Positions 30,001-38,732 of a stretch of DNA of 64,000 nt are shown piece after piece. Every line of letters starts with the position of its first letter. The stretch's first letter is position 1. A program made the translations under genes and the position numbers. The DNA lies in IMG/VR virus record IMGVR_UViG_3300026197_000002, positions 28,711 through 92,710 of that record. The stretch is one strand, 5' to 3'. Under the pieces are notes generated by a model. It had not been told where the DNA came from. It worked only from the letters and a program-made list of their open reading frames with translations, and searched no databases. Source of the stretch: a virus.

Positions 30001-31213
30001 TTTTTTTATTAGACCATCCACCTGATTGAGCTTGTGTTAATACCGTAGTATCTGATGCAGTAGGAGTTCTACCAGGTATATGAAAAGCTCTTGAATATGT
30101 ACCATCATTGTACCAGAATCTAATATAAAATGAATATACCTCTCCTGCCATAAACCCATTAAACTCTTGTAAAGCATTCATTTCTTCAGCAGAAGATGTA
30201 TTTGATGGAAAATTTATTGACCTATAATCTACAATTGTCCAACCTATTGATATATTATTAGCAAATTGTTGATAATCTAATGTGTCTTTTTGTTCTAAAT
30301 TAGCTCCATATAATCTATCATTTAAAAGAGCTAATGATTTAACTTTATTATATCTGATTTCAGGAACTAATAAATCTTCAACTGTGGTATTATTATAGTT
30401 ATTAAGAGATGTAATTAATATAGATTTAGTACTACTATTATAAGATATTAAATCTGATTTATAAGCTAATAATCCTGTACCACCATTAAATAATACTCCT
30501 ACTTTAATAAAATCATAACGAGTATCTAAATTAGTAAATGTAGCAGTTATAGCTTTATCAGTAATTTGATTACCTGCATCACCCTCATATTGTTCACCAC
30601 TTAAACCAGGTGCTGCAAAATCTCCTGATACTATATAAATAGGATTACTAACATTATATTCAGATGTTTCTGTATCAATAGTTGCATAACTATATGTAAT
30701 ATAATATGTACCACTACGTAACAAACCTTCTTTTGATATACCTGTTGTAATATTAGCTATATTACTACTAGGAAACATCTCTATATCATTAGGGTCATCA
30801 GCATTAGTAACTATATTAGACGTAGGAGTACCAATATTTATAACCTTAGGTGTATTAAAATCATCTGTAAATGCTACAATAATTTCATTATCATTATTAA
30901 ATTCAGATTTACCTACCACAGGATAATCAGCATTAAAGTTTAATGAAGCTATTATACCACCTACGTCTGTAATTTGTGTTACAGTTAAATCAGGTTTCTG
31001 CAAGTAGATACTAGGAGTAGTAGTAAAGATTATACTATATTGTCCTAGAGGTACTACTCCTATAATAGTACCTGTTACAGTAGATATAAGATTATTACCT
31101 AATTCATTAGACGCTTCATCTAATGATTCAGATAATACTATATTTTTAGCAAAGTTTACTTCACCTTCTTGCCTTCTATGAGGACTCCTATCTTGTTGAA
31201 TACCTTTTACCAT
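27053..31213 (-). CDS. tail stabilisation/muzzle protein (P22 gp10-like, crAss-type)
   Basis: 1386 aa, beta-rich; FTDDFNTPKVINI, LYGAN, GEVYSFYIRF, NVRHHRFPS, SFHDY motifs. Confidence 0.8.
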   Translation of the reverse strand: MVKGIQQDRSPHRRQEGEVNFAKNIVLSESLDEASNELGNNLISTVTGTIIGVVPLGQYSIIFTTTPSIYLQKPDLTVTQITDVGGIIASLNFNADYPVVGKSEFNNDNEIIVAFTDDFNTPKVINIGTPTSNIVTNADDPNDIEMFPSSNIANITTGISKEGLLRSGTYYITYSYATIDTETSEYNVSNPIYIVSGDFAAPGLSGEQYEGDAGNQITDKAITATFTNLDTRYDFIKVGVLFNGGTGLLAYKSDLISYNSSTKSILITSLNNYNNTTVEDLLVPEIRYNKVKSLALLNDRLYGANLEQKDTLDYQQFANNISIGWTIVDYRSINFPSNTSSAEEMNALQEFNGFMAGEVYSFYIRFWYNDGTYSRAFHIPGRTPTASDTTVLTQAQSGGWSNKKRFQVQDTVTGVTGGDMGYWENSNEQYPPGFPSLAGNNVRHHRFPSQRYLYDNLRPTNSDIYKIELPILGINVTNVTNIPSDVRYWEILYSKRDSSNSTVYGMGLGNMVATPGTSGGYDVSELWTTGGNWNIDYNGTPTPALSGNEDRFIVDEAISGANNHEYLRFNSFDTRYGLPGLIEPYIEGVCKYETTATVEEGSTGTVDRKTVEYSPVQSLLNSSSAITDSQKNRRIDNYQYMSTNSNSDVGFATFRNESSESTLYLQVYNDGVYTEDFEFQDTMVYPSVGTNDATNASINVPNHLCVLKSAREDCYSTYDSQTLVSTGYYNSGSSGTDILGGDCYQGQYNYITYSKNYPSQTTQDSGSLGGLRNVISHCAESNYNLQLRYELGGDLGSRYFPKQSLDTLFGDYDSQIYTYYDWTVEPNNIGYNTFWNLLNDLKQSFIYNPISDFNEVSLPYKVIRSLEQIPESPLINWKKWLSADSYEQTARNRGEIINIQEYFPNLLIHQERGLFITKDRTELPTSAGKVELGAGDIFAIPPTEIITTQNGYAGTQDQLGCLLSKGIYVFPDSQQGKWFMYAGSNNLKEISGNGLRNYMKKYLPHYETDISVATVNVTATYNSVLGITTIPKRSISYIDGIRCVVNYIPPVGWVSDYDNEYYYISGDSSGTTSVTSVTRCNKRIVNNIDLDNPFTSNGYSVAYDEYNNRIILAKTYDSVNHTYIDDDIKIRGVYRLADTSFINSLIVGDIVLDESDNAIKEVTSVSPIVLTEYNSGGFICSYYPDRDMIVSFHDYNGKYFYDNYNIESNLFAIEDSKIYLHNRGKYNTFGDITYDSIIDYVFYNPEKLQWREIFWNTQVIDENGIPQYDDTFKTMRVWCEKFTTPTVQLNPRLTIKLDYTLTLRRTMDEWHCNIIREDTKNTLWNKDFNRPPIDDFRLDEGVLGDKKFYKRQRFNTDWIVVRLTYKDADKQIIVHNVKPNVKPTQR

Positions 31214-32082
31214 TCTTGTTGTGTTCTAGTAATACTTCTTTCTGTATAAATACTTTCTGCATTATGTCTATAAAAATCTTCAATATTCCAATCAGGTATG
31301 AGTTTAACAAACTCTGATGAGAAACTTCTAATTTGGTCTGATGATGGAAATGATATAGCTACCCTAGCAGCCAATACAGCTTCCTCATATAATTGTTTTA
31401 ATAACATAAATCCTTGACCACCTCTAAATACCGGATGTTCGTAACCCCTACCTACCATCTTTTGTAATACATAATAATACATAGCATCTCTAAGATGTGC
31501 TGAATCAGGTATCATTGGAAAATTATCACAATCTAAATACCAAGTCATAAAATCTATTTCAACAATTCCTTCTTCAAATGAGAACTTATAAGCATCTCCA
31601 TCTATATAATAATATTCTGATATAGTAGTGCTAGGTTGAACACGTTGTAATGTTAATCCTGTATCTCTATTATCTACCAAACTTGTAGATATTTGATTAC
31701 CATCTTCATCAAATTTAATAGTTCTATTTATATAAAGCCTGTCAGTCCAAGTTGTTGCTGTACTTTCCTGTGAATCCCTAGTATCTTCTGAAATACCCCA
31801 GCGTCTATTAGAATTATGATTACGTACATCAGCACCATAACGTAACCTACAACCTTTGTGAGTTACTGCAATAGTTCTATATACAGGACATGGAATATAT
31901 GCTGTATGGTCAGACACATTTAAACTAATATTACCTCTTATTAATGTAGGTTCACAATTAATCTTTTCCATAACTTCAGCTATCCAACCTTTCATAGCAG
32001 AAATGTCATAGTTTGCATCTTTACCTATATCTGTAATAATTTTAAATATTACAGTCTTAACTGATGTATAACGTTCTATCAT
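31207..32082 (-). CDS. tail tubular/ring protein (P22 gp4-like)
   Basis: YTSVKTVI...WIAE...DNFPMIPD...AMYYYV motif; adjacent to stabilisation protein. Confidence 0.75.
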   Translation of the reverse strand: MIERYTSVKTVIFKIITDIGKDANYDISAMKGWIAEVMEKINCEPTLIRGNISLNVSDHTAYIPCPVYRTIAVTHKGCRLRYGADVRNHNSNRRWGISEDTRDSQESTATTWTDRLYINRTIKFDEDGNQISTSLVDNRDTGLTLQRVQPSTTISEYYYIDGDAYKFSFEEGIVEIDFMTWYLDCDNFPMIPDSAHLRDAMYYYVLQKMVGRGYEHPVFRGGQGFMLLKQLYEEAVLAARVAISFPSSDQIRSFSSEFVKLIPDWNIEDFYRHNAESIYTERSITRTQQEW

Positions 32083-32094
32083 TGTTATCTATAT

Positions 32095-32652
32095 TTAACG
32101 TACAAAATTCTTCCTTCTATTAATCTTTTTATATTTATGTATTAAATTAGAATTAGCATTATTAGCTTTAACTAATAAACCCTTAGCACCAAGTTTATCA
32201 GGAGTATTATTATTAGTAGGTTTAAAGTTATGCCACATTCTACCAAATTCCCCCTTATCCCAATTAAATCTTAAAAACCTATTATTATCATATAATACTA
32301 ACCACTTCTCACCATCAGGTGCTGTTTTTTTATTATAAGGAGTTCCTCCTCTAGCTATAATACTCCTTTTAATCTCATTAGATTTTCCCCAATTAACCTT
32401 AGCATTTTTAACTTTATTTTCATCATTTAAAGAAAATACCTTTTCACAATTAATTACATTAATAGACCCAACAGTTCTACCTAATGAAAATGATTTACCT
32501 TGATAAATGATTTTATCTAATGCTTTTTTCATCATTCTTTCAGCAATTAATCTAAATAGATTATATTGCATAATATCTTTTACCTTATTTTTTTTAGCTT
32601 TATTTTTATACCATTTATAAATATCAGTAAAAGTAACACTTTTATTTCCCAT
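32095..32652 (-). CDS. IHF/HU-like basic protein (crAss tail-module type)
   Basis: DIYKWY...IIYQGKSFSLGRTVGSINV...VNWGKS...RFNWDK. Confidence 0.65.
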   Translation of the reverse strand: MGNKSVTFTDIYKWYKNKAKKNKVKDIMQYNLFRLIAERMMKKALDKIIYQGKSFSLGRTVGSINVINCEKVFSLNDENKVKNAKVNWGKSNEIKRSIIARGGTPYNKKTAPDGEKWLVLYDNNRFLRFNWDKGEFGRMWHNFKPTNNNTPDKLGAKGLLVKANNANSNLIHKYKKINRRKNFVR

Positions 32653-32670
32653 AATTTTATCTATTATTTA

Positions 32671-33291
32671 TTACCTTAAATCTTCATCAATTTCAGCATG
32701 TTGTGTTTGTGGTTGTAATGGTGTTAGTAATCTATAAATATTACTAATAATTTGTGATGCCATATCATCTGAAACATGTAACTTATCAGGTTTACAATCA
32801 GAACAATCATATTCTTCAAGAGATAATGGGTCATCATATACCGCTACAATATTTATTTTAGTTAATAATTGATTATTCAATATATATACATAATCATTAA
32901 TTAATGTCCACCTTAAATCTTTAGATGTCCATTTACTGTGCTTAAAAAATGGTATCTCTTGTGGATTAATATAACCTATCCAATTAAGTAAATCTACAGT
33001 AGATACTTTATATTGAGGCATTCCCTCTATATTAATAGCTGTTGGTATTTGTAATTTAGTCTTTAATGCAGCACATATAGGTAAATTACATTCATTAGCT
33101 AATGTAGAAGATTCTAATTCAAATGTAATAGATGATTCATACTTAGAAGGGTCATCCCCCTTCTTAATACGCTGCTTCAACATCCTAGCCCTTTCTTGAA
33201 CAACCAATTTACCTATTGTATTAATAATAGATTCATCAGTATCTCTGCCTAAAATGTTTATAATCTCATATTCTATTTCTTTAATTGTCAT
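32671..33291 (-). CDS. tail ring/structural protein
   Basis: MTIKEI...ERARMLKQ...LKTKLQIP...NDYVYILN...VYDDP pattern. Confidence 0.65.
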   Translation of the reverse strand: MTIKEIEYEIINILGRDTDESIINTIGKLVVQERARMLKQRIKKGDDPSKYESSITFELESSTLANECNLPICAALKTKLQIPTAINIEGMPQYKVSTVDLLNWIGYINPQEIPFFKHSKWTSKDLRWTLINDYVYILNNQLLTKINIVAVYDDPLSLEEYDCSDCKPDKLHVSDDMASQIISNIYRLLTPLQPQTQHAEIDEDLR

Positions 33292-33598
33292 CTTTTAAAT
33301 CATATTTATCTGTATAATTAAACCCATATTCCTCTATATACTTACTAAAATCTACTGCAAAGAAATCACTACAAGTAGGAACTTCTGTAATTTTACCACC
33401 TAATTCCATAAAGGCAAAAAATGCCCATTTTAATAATTCTAAATCAAAAGTTCTAACCCATAAAGGGTCTTTTGCAGTAATCTCTTCTAATGACCAAAAT
33501 TTATTAAATAAAACATCCATATCTATAACATCCCAAAATGTTTTATTAAAATGTTCTGTTAATATAGGAGCTTCATTATTTTCTATTAATAATTCCAT
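33281..33598 (-). CDS. hypothetical protein (start likely ATG 33598)
   Basis: MELLIENN start lies 4 nt past the upstream stop, avoiding overlap. Confidence 0.55.
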   Translation of the reverse strand: MELLIENNEAPILTEHFNKTFWDVIDMDVLFNKFWSLEEITAKDPLWVRTFDLELLKWAFFAFMELGGKITEVPTCSDFFAVDFSKYIEEYGFNYTDKYDLKDDN

Positions 33599-33602
33599 AT
33601 TT

Positions 33603-34163
33603 TTAACATCCACAAGGTTTATAACAATCATCACAATATGTCGCAATACGTGATACTAATTTTACTAAATTAGAAGAATCTTCACTATATGCTGCTATCT
33701 CATCAATAGTAGTAATTACAGCAGATTCTGTCTGAACATCTGTCCAATAATGGTCTAACTTAACCATATAATTAAGAACTGTAAATAATATTACTTTATC
33801 TTTATCATAACATTTATAACAATCATTACATAAATTATTCTCTATTAAATTCTTAGTAATCTTTAACATACAATTTAATAAAGATTGATAAGAACCAACA
33901 AGTATATAATATACATTACTAGCATGATAACCTGTAAATTCTATAAGATATAACCCTTCATCTAGTTCAAACTCATAACTTGTAGAAGTATCTACATTAA
34001 CATAGGTAGTACTAGATGTTACTGTTAAATCTAAATTTACTAATTTAGCTGTTATAGTTGGAGTAGTTGTACCCGTTAAATCAGCAGGAGTAATAATAGT
34101 ATATTTAGAGGCTGTGTCTTTAGTTATTGTATGAACAAATGTATTTATTGTAATATTTGCCAT
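33603..34163 (-). CDS. putative tail hub/fibre-attachment protein
   Basis: Beta-rich N-terminus (LDEGLY), Cys-rich C-terminus (CNDC, CDDC...CGC). Confidence 0.5.
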   Translation of the reverse strand: MANITINTFVHTITKDTASKYTIITPADLTGTTTPTITAKLVNLDLTVTSSTTYVNVDTSTSYEFELDEGLYLIEFTGYHASNVYYILVGSYQSLLNCMLKITKNLIENNLCNDCYKCYDKDKVILFTVLNYMVKLDHYWTDVQTESAVITTIDEIAAYSEDSSNLVKLVSRIATYCDDCYKPCGC

Positions 34164-34175
34164 TATTGTTTAATT

Positions 34176-35399
34176 TTATGGTTCTAATTGAGTACTAATA
34201 GCCTTAGCTTGCATATCTTGATATTGCATTTCTAATGCTGCAATATCTACTGCTCTATCTACTATATTCTGATGTAAGGCTTCATTGAGTTCCGAGTTCC
34301 ACCCAGACCTTAAATTTATAGGTCTAGGTATTCTTATATAATCTAGGTAAACCTTGTTGATAGATACATTATCTGCAACATATAGTATAATATTATTATT
34401 AGTCCTATTATATAAAGGTCTATCTTTACTAGGCTTATCTATTGGAGAATCTATATATTCATAAGTCTTTTTTATATCAATATTTCTACCTATACCTGTA
34501 CCTTCAAAAGGAATATTTGCTAAATTTACATTTCTAGTAGTATATTGAACAGCATTAAATATACCCCTACTTCTATAATCATTTATAATATAATAATTAG
34601 AATCAGTAGGTGTAACACTATATGAAGCACCTCCTGAATTAATTTCTAATTCCATAAACTTACCACTTGCATAAGTTTCATCATCTGATACAAATATAAA
34701 ACTATTAGGGTAATATAAATCATCAAATCTTTCCCAATATACTTCTAAGTTTAGAAATTCATCTAATAAGAATGTATCAGCAGGATTATTACGTATAGCT
34801 GATGCAGTAGTAATATCTAATCTATTTTCTCTATTTAAGAAATCAAGTATATGATTAACTACATGGTAAGCATCATTCCAACTTTCAATAGTCCAATTAT
34901 AATCTGATGAATCAAATAATGTTATAGGAGTACCTGATTGGTCATAGTTAATCTTAATAGTATAACTATTTAATGTAGCAAACATATCTTTATTCATTGG
35001 TACAATAGATATAAATTTATCTACATTTGAATCTGTTATATTATTACCTGATAAAGGATTACATTTATTTCCAGCATCAATATCAGGTTTAACGTTTACT
35101 GTATATAAATGATTACCAGGTAGTTGAAAATAAAAAGTGTTTACGTGAGGTTCAAATAAATGATGAGGTTCTTTAATAACATAACAATCTAACACTCTAT
35201 TTTTAGTAAGAATATTAGAAAAATCTTCACTATTCTTATCTATCTTATTACCATGTAATTTCCATTGAGATTCTATAACCCCTAATTGACCTCTTGTTAA
35301 ATACATATCTATCTCATCTTCTGTAAAAGTAACATCTTGATAAGAAGCTATTTTATTTAACCCTTGTAGAAATCTAATATGTAATTCTTGTACTAACAT
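34176..35399 (-). CDS. tail ring protein (crAss gene-73-like) with internal insertion
   Basis: MLVQELHIRF...DEIDMYLTRGQ and YLDYIRIP...ELNEALHQNIVDRAV. Confidence 0.7.
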   Translation of the reverse strand: MLVQELHIRFLQGLNKIASYQDVTFTEDEIDMYLTRGQLGVIESQWKLHGNKIDKNSEDFSNILTKNRVLDCYVIKEPHHLFEPHVNTFYFQLPGNHLYTVNVKPDIDAGNKCNPLSGNNITDSNVDKFISIVPMNKDMFATLNSYTIKINYDQSGTPITLFDSSDYNWTIESWNDAYHVVNHILDFLNRENRLDITTASAIRNNPADTFLLDEFLNLEVYWERFDDLYYPNSFIFVSDDETYASGKFMELEINSGGASYSVTPTDSNYYIINDYRSRGIFNAVQYTTRNVNLANIPFEGTGIGRNIDIKKTYEYIDSPIDKPSKDRPLYNRTNNNIILYVADNVSINKVYLDYIRIPRPINLRSGWNSELNEALHQNIVDRAVDIAALEMQYQDMQAKAISTQLEP

Positions 35400-35415
35400 A
35401 AGATGTGAAGTTTAG

Positions 35416-35489
35416 AAGCGAGAGAAGGATTTGAACCTCCGACCTCCAGATTATGAGTCTGACGAGCTACCTGACTGCTCTATCTCGCA
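35416..35489 (-). tRNA. tRNA-Met (CAT), initiator-like; CCA not encoded
   Basis: TGCGAGATAGAGCAGTCAGGTAGCTCGTCAGACTCATAATCTGGAGGTCGGAGGTTCAAATCCTTCTCTCGCTT folds as a cloverleaf; 1:72 mismatch; A11:U24. Confidence 0.93.
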
Positions 35490-35500
35490 ATATTAAAATA

Positions 35501-35534
35501 AAATATAGTAAGCATAATTATACTTACTATATTT
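35501..35534 (-). terminator. hairpin (terminator or processing site) just upstream of the tRNA
   Basis: AAATATAGTAAG-N10-CTTACTATATTT, T-rich tail on minus strand. Confidence 0.6.
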
Positions 35535-35543
35535 ATGAAAAAC

Positions 35544-36788
35544 TTATAGTCCTAAAACTGTATCAATTGCAGCATTTAATGCACTAGGAGTAGTTGCGTT
35601 TGTCTGCTTACAACAAATAACAAATTCTTCAGGAACTTCATCCCAATCTTTTTTATTAATACCTGTTGTTTTTCTAGTTAAAGTATATACACTATAAAAT
35701 GCCCCAATCTCTGATAATTCAGGTGCTTGTGGGTAACTATCTTTGTGCATAGTATTTTTAGAAGTATATCCTAAATTAATAGAATTAAATTCTTCATAAC
35801 CTTTAACTTGCTTATAAGAACCTGCTTCAGTTACTCTACCTACAACAGCATCAGATACAGTTGCAACATCTAAATCATCTCTTGTAGATGTACTAAATAT
35901 TTCTTCAACATTTACATCAGCAGTAGTAATTTTAATACCAACTTCACTAGGTACAGTAGCACCAGCATCAACAGTATCAGCGTTAGCAATAGTAGCAGTT
36001 TCACCTCTGTAAGGTTGGTCTAATACTAGAGTAGTACCTGTAGTTCCTGTTACAGCTTGGTAAACATCTCCACCAAGTGATACATAATCTCCTACACCAA
36101 CTCCGTGAGCAGCAGAAGTAGTCAATGTTGTAGCACCTTTTACAGCAGCAACAGTAGCTGATGCAGAAAATGCAGAACCTGTAGCATTAGATGATACAGT
36201 AGCAATATATCTTCTTACCTGATTATAGCTATGATATGCAGCATTGTCATCATTTGAAATTTTACTTGCTAATTTTTGTGCAATAACAAAATCTTCACTT
36301 GTAGAAGATGCAGCAGTTACATCTGCTGATGTAGCAACATATTGAAATGTAAATCCATCAGCAGGATAAGTCAATTCTGTAAGGTTCTTAATATTAACTA
36401 CAAAAGAATCATTTTTTGTTAAAGTAGTAATACCTAATGAACCTGTTGCATTAACATCATCATAACCAATATAACTTACCTGCTTAACAGGTGCTACATA
36501 TTCTTGCTTATTAACATCATATTCAGCAATATCAATTTCATGACTACGGTACATAAAATGATTACCATCTTCACTATCAACTCTTTGTCCAATAAAAAAT
36601 GGTGTACCTGTTGAAATAGCGGAAGTAGTGCTTTCCCATCTACGGTTAGAGCTATTGTATGTAAAGAATTGTACTTCTTTATCGCTCATAGTTTGGGTAG
36701 TATCACCAGAAGCTAATGCTGTAGCAGCAGTAATAAAAGCTCTGTTAATATTTCTTTTCCAAACTCTATTTTTTGTTTCTTTTAACAT
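35544..36788 (-). CDS. auxiliary capsid/head protein (crAss gene-74-like)
   Basis: Ala/Thr/Ser-rich beta protein, YVAPVKQVSYIGY motif, position near MCP. Confidence 0.65.
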   Translation of the reverse strand: MLKETKNRVWKRNINRAFITAATALASGDTTQTMSDKEVQFFTYNSSNRRWESTTSAISTGTPFFIGQRVDSEDGNHFMYRSHEIDIAEYDVNKQEYVAPVKQVSYIGYDDVNATGSLGITTLTKNDSFVVNIKNLTELTYPADGFTFQYVATSADVTAASSTSEDFVIAQKLASKISNDDNAAYHSYNQVRRYIATVSSNATGSAFSASATVAAVKGATTLTTSAAHGVGVGDYVSLGGDVYQAVTGTTGTTLVLDQPYRGETATIANADTVDAGATVPSEVGIKITTADVNVEEIFSTSTRDDLDVATVSDAVVGRVTEAGSYKQVKGYEEFNSINLGYTSKNTMHKDSYPQAPELSEIGAFYSVYTLTRKTTGINKKDWDEVPEEFVICCKQTNATTPSALNAAIDTVLGL

Positions 36789-36835
36789 AATCTAATATTT
36801 TTTTGTTATAATAGTTAAATAAAATAGTTTATACC

Positions 36836-36867
36836 CAAAGATATAAACTATAATAATTGTGACCAAG
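36836..36867 (-). promoter_or_regulatory. Bacteroidota sigma-A-type promoter (CTTG-N20-TATCTTTG), overlapping a terminator-like hairpin 36824-36851
   Basis: Matches -33/-7 consensus TTTG-N19-21-TAnnTTTG apart from C at the first -33 position. Confidence 0.5.
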
Positions 36868-36883
36868 AAAACTTAGTATAAAG

Positions 36884-37477
36884 TTATTTAATACTATTTC
36901 TTCTATCTTCCAAATCTTCAAGAGTTTTATGATGTAAATGTAATTTATCTGTAATATCTTGACAATCACCTTCTAGGGTAGCTATTACATCAACAGGTCT
37001 TATTAAAAAGAATCTAACTCCATTGTGCATAAATCCTCTATAATTCTGATAATATCTAGCATCTAATATAACTCTCTGACCTATTTCAAATCTATCTCCT
37101 GATGACCCTACAACAGTATGACCAACTTCTTGAACAAATGTTCCCTTACCTTCACTAATAAATGCAGATGCTATAATATCTGTATTAGGAACATATATTT
37201 CAAAATAACCTGATGTAACTAAAATGTTATCATTTTCTAATGTAGCCATTACAGGTAATCCCTCAACTATTGCAACAGTCTTACCATCTACTTTTGCCCA
37301 ACCATCAGGTAAATACTTATACAAGGGTTCACCAGAATCTTCCATAATCTTCTGGACATCCTTATAGGTATCATACATATCAAGATATGTAGTTTCTCCA
37401 TAGTCTTTTATTAATTCTACAAATCTAACCCTATTAGCATTTTCCATTGCTAAATCCTTATTCTTTTTATCTTTCAT
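36884..37477 (-). CDS. GroES/Cpn10-like co-chaperonin with N-terminal extension
   Basis: NDNILV...IIASA...TVVG...FEIGQRVIL...HNGVRFFLIRPVDVIATL resembles GroES. Confidence 0.65.
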   Translation of the reverse strand: MKDKKNKDLAMENANRVRFVELIKDYGETTYLDMYDTYKDVQKIMEDSGEPLYKYLPDGWAKVDGKTVAIVEGLPVMATLENDNILVTSGYFEIYVPNTDIIASAFISEGKGTFVQEVGHTVVGSSGDRFEIGQRVILDARYYQNYRGFMHNGVRFFLIRPVDVIATLEGDCQDITDKLHLHHKTLEDLEDRRNSIK

Positions 37478-37508
37478 AATTCTATAATTTTATTAAGTTT
37501 AAATACTA

Positions 37509-38627
37509 TTAGTCTAAGTTAATTCTATTACTATTAGGATTATATAAATCTTGTACCTTCTTATGATATTGGTCTTGAATAGATGTTTCATATTGAGATA
37601 CTTGTTTATTAAATGATATTAAAAATTGCTTATTTACAGGATTACTCATCCAACGTAAAGCTGCTAATTCATCACCTATTGTAGTTTCCCCATGATAATA
37701 TTTCTCACCTGTTTTATCTAAGCATCCTGCTAATACATATTTGAATAGTTTTAACTTATTCTTTTTATTATTATCTTCATGAATACTTAAAAATACTTCA
37801 GGGTATGATTTAACTAAATCATCCATTTTCATTAATGTTGCACCTTCATCTAAACATAATTCTGTTACATTATCTGTTTTCAATGCGGCAACACCTTTAT
37901 CTTTAAATAAGTGGATATATAAAGGATAATCTTCTTTTTCTAATGCTAAATATTGTTCATTAGCTTTACGTCTAAGTTTAATTTCTTCAATTCTTTTATC
38001 AGTCATACTATCTTCATTATGAACATAATATTCATGCTTTATATTTATTAAAGTCATATCCTTAGCAACATTCTTTTTTTCTTTAATAAACCTATAAATA
38101 ATATAGTCTTTGAAATTAATAGGTTCTTTTTTATAAGATTTTTCAGTTATTATTTTACCATCTCTATCAACAGTTGTTTCAAATTCTATTTCTTTAAAAC
38201 CAATCTCTAATTCAATACCACCTGTACTAGATACTCTAACATTAACGTTATAATACCATTCATCTATTTGTTCATTAAAATACCCCTTATTATCACCATA
38301 ATCATTAATCCCTAACAGTTTTTGAAACAGGTAAACTTTCTCACCAATCTCCAAGCCTGTTTTAGGTTTACCTGTTCTCTTATCTAATGATACAGTAAAT
38401 GAAGTAACCATGTTTTGATATTGAGGAGCTACTTTATCTTTATTACCTTTTTCATTATTATATTTATTCATATAATACTGATAAGGGGTAGTTACAGGAA
38501 ATATTTGAATCTTATTACTTCCCAAAGGTTCATCTTTAAAAATTCCCGTATATATTTTTAAATGTTGTGTTTCAACATTTTCTTCTTTTTTAGTACTTTT
38601 AGTAGTACTTTTTGTCTGTTTAGCCAT
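37509..38627 (-). CDS. conserved crAss protein adjacent to MCP (gene-75-like)
   Basis: TGLE...GIELEIG...PINFKDYIIYRF...TIG...ALRWM. Confidence 0.7.
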   Translation of the reverse strand: MAKQTKSTTKSTKKEENVETQHLKIYTGIFKDEPLGSNKIQIFPVTTPYQYYMNKYNNEKGNKDKVAPQYQNMVTSFTVSLDKRTGKPKTGLEIGEKVYLFQKLLGINDYGDNKGYFNEQIDEWYYNVNVRVSSTGGIELEIGFKEIEFETTVDRDGKIITEKSYKKEPINFKDYIIYRFIKEKKNVAKDMTLINIKHEYYVHNEDSMTDKRIEEIKLRRKANEQYLALEKEDYPLYIHLFKDKGVAALKTDNVTELCLDEGATLMKMDDLVKSYPEVFLSIHEDNNKKNKLKLFKYVLAGCLDKTGEKYYHGETTIGDELAALRWMSNPVNKQFLISFNKQVSQYETSIQDQYHKKVQDLYNPNSNRINLD

Positions 38628-38648
38628 AATGTATATTAAGTTTTGTTA

Positions 38649-38680
38649 CAAATATATAAAAACTCTATAATTAAGCCAAA
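38649..38680 (-). promoter_or_regulatory. Bacteroidota sigma-A-type promoter TTTG-N20-TATATTTG
   Basis: Exact consensus, 21 nt upstream of the 38627 start. Confidence 0.8.
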
Positions 38681-38684
38681 TAAA

Positions 38685-38703
38685 AACTACCAAAATGGTA
38701 GTT
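38685..38703 (-). terminator. intrinsic terminator after MCP
   Basis: AACTACCA-N3-TGGTAGTT followed by TTTATTT on minus strand. Confidence 0.6.
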
Positions 38704-38732
38704 CTTATTTAAACTTAATAAAATTATGCGAA

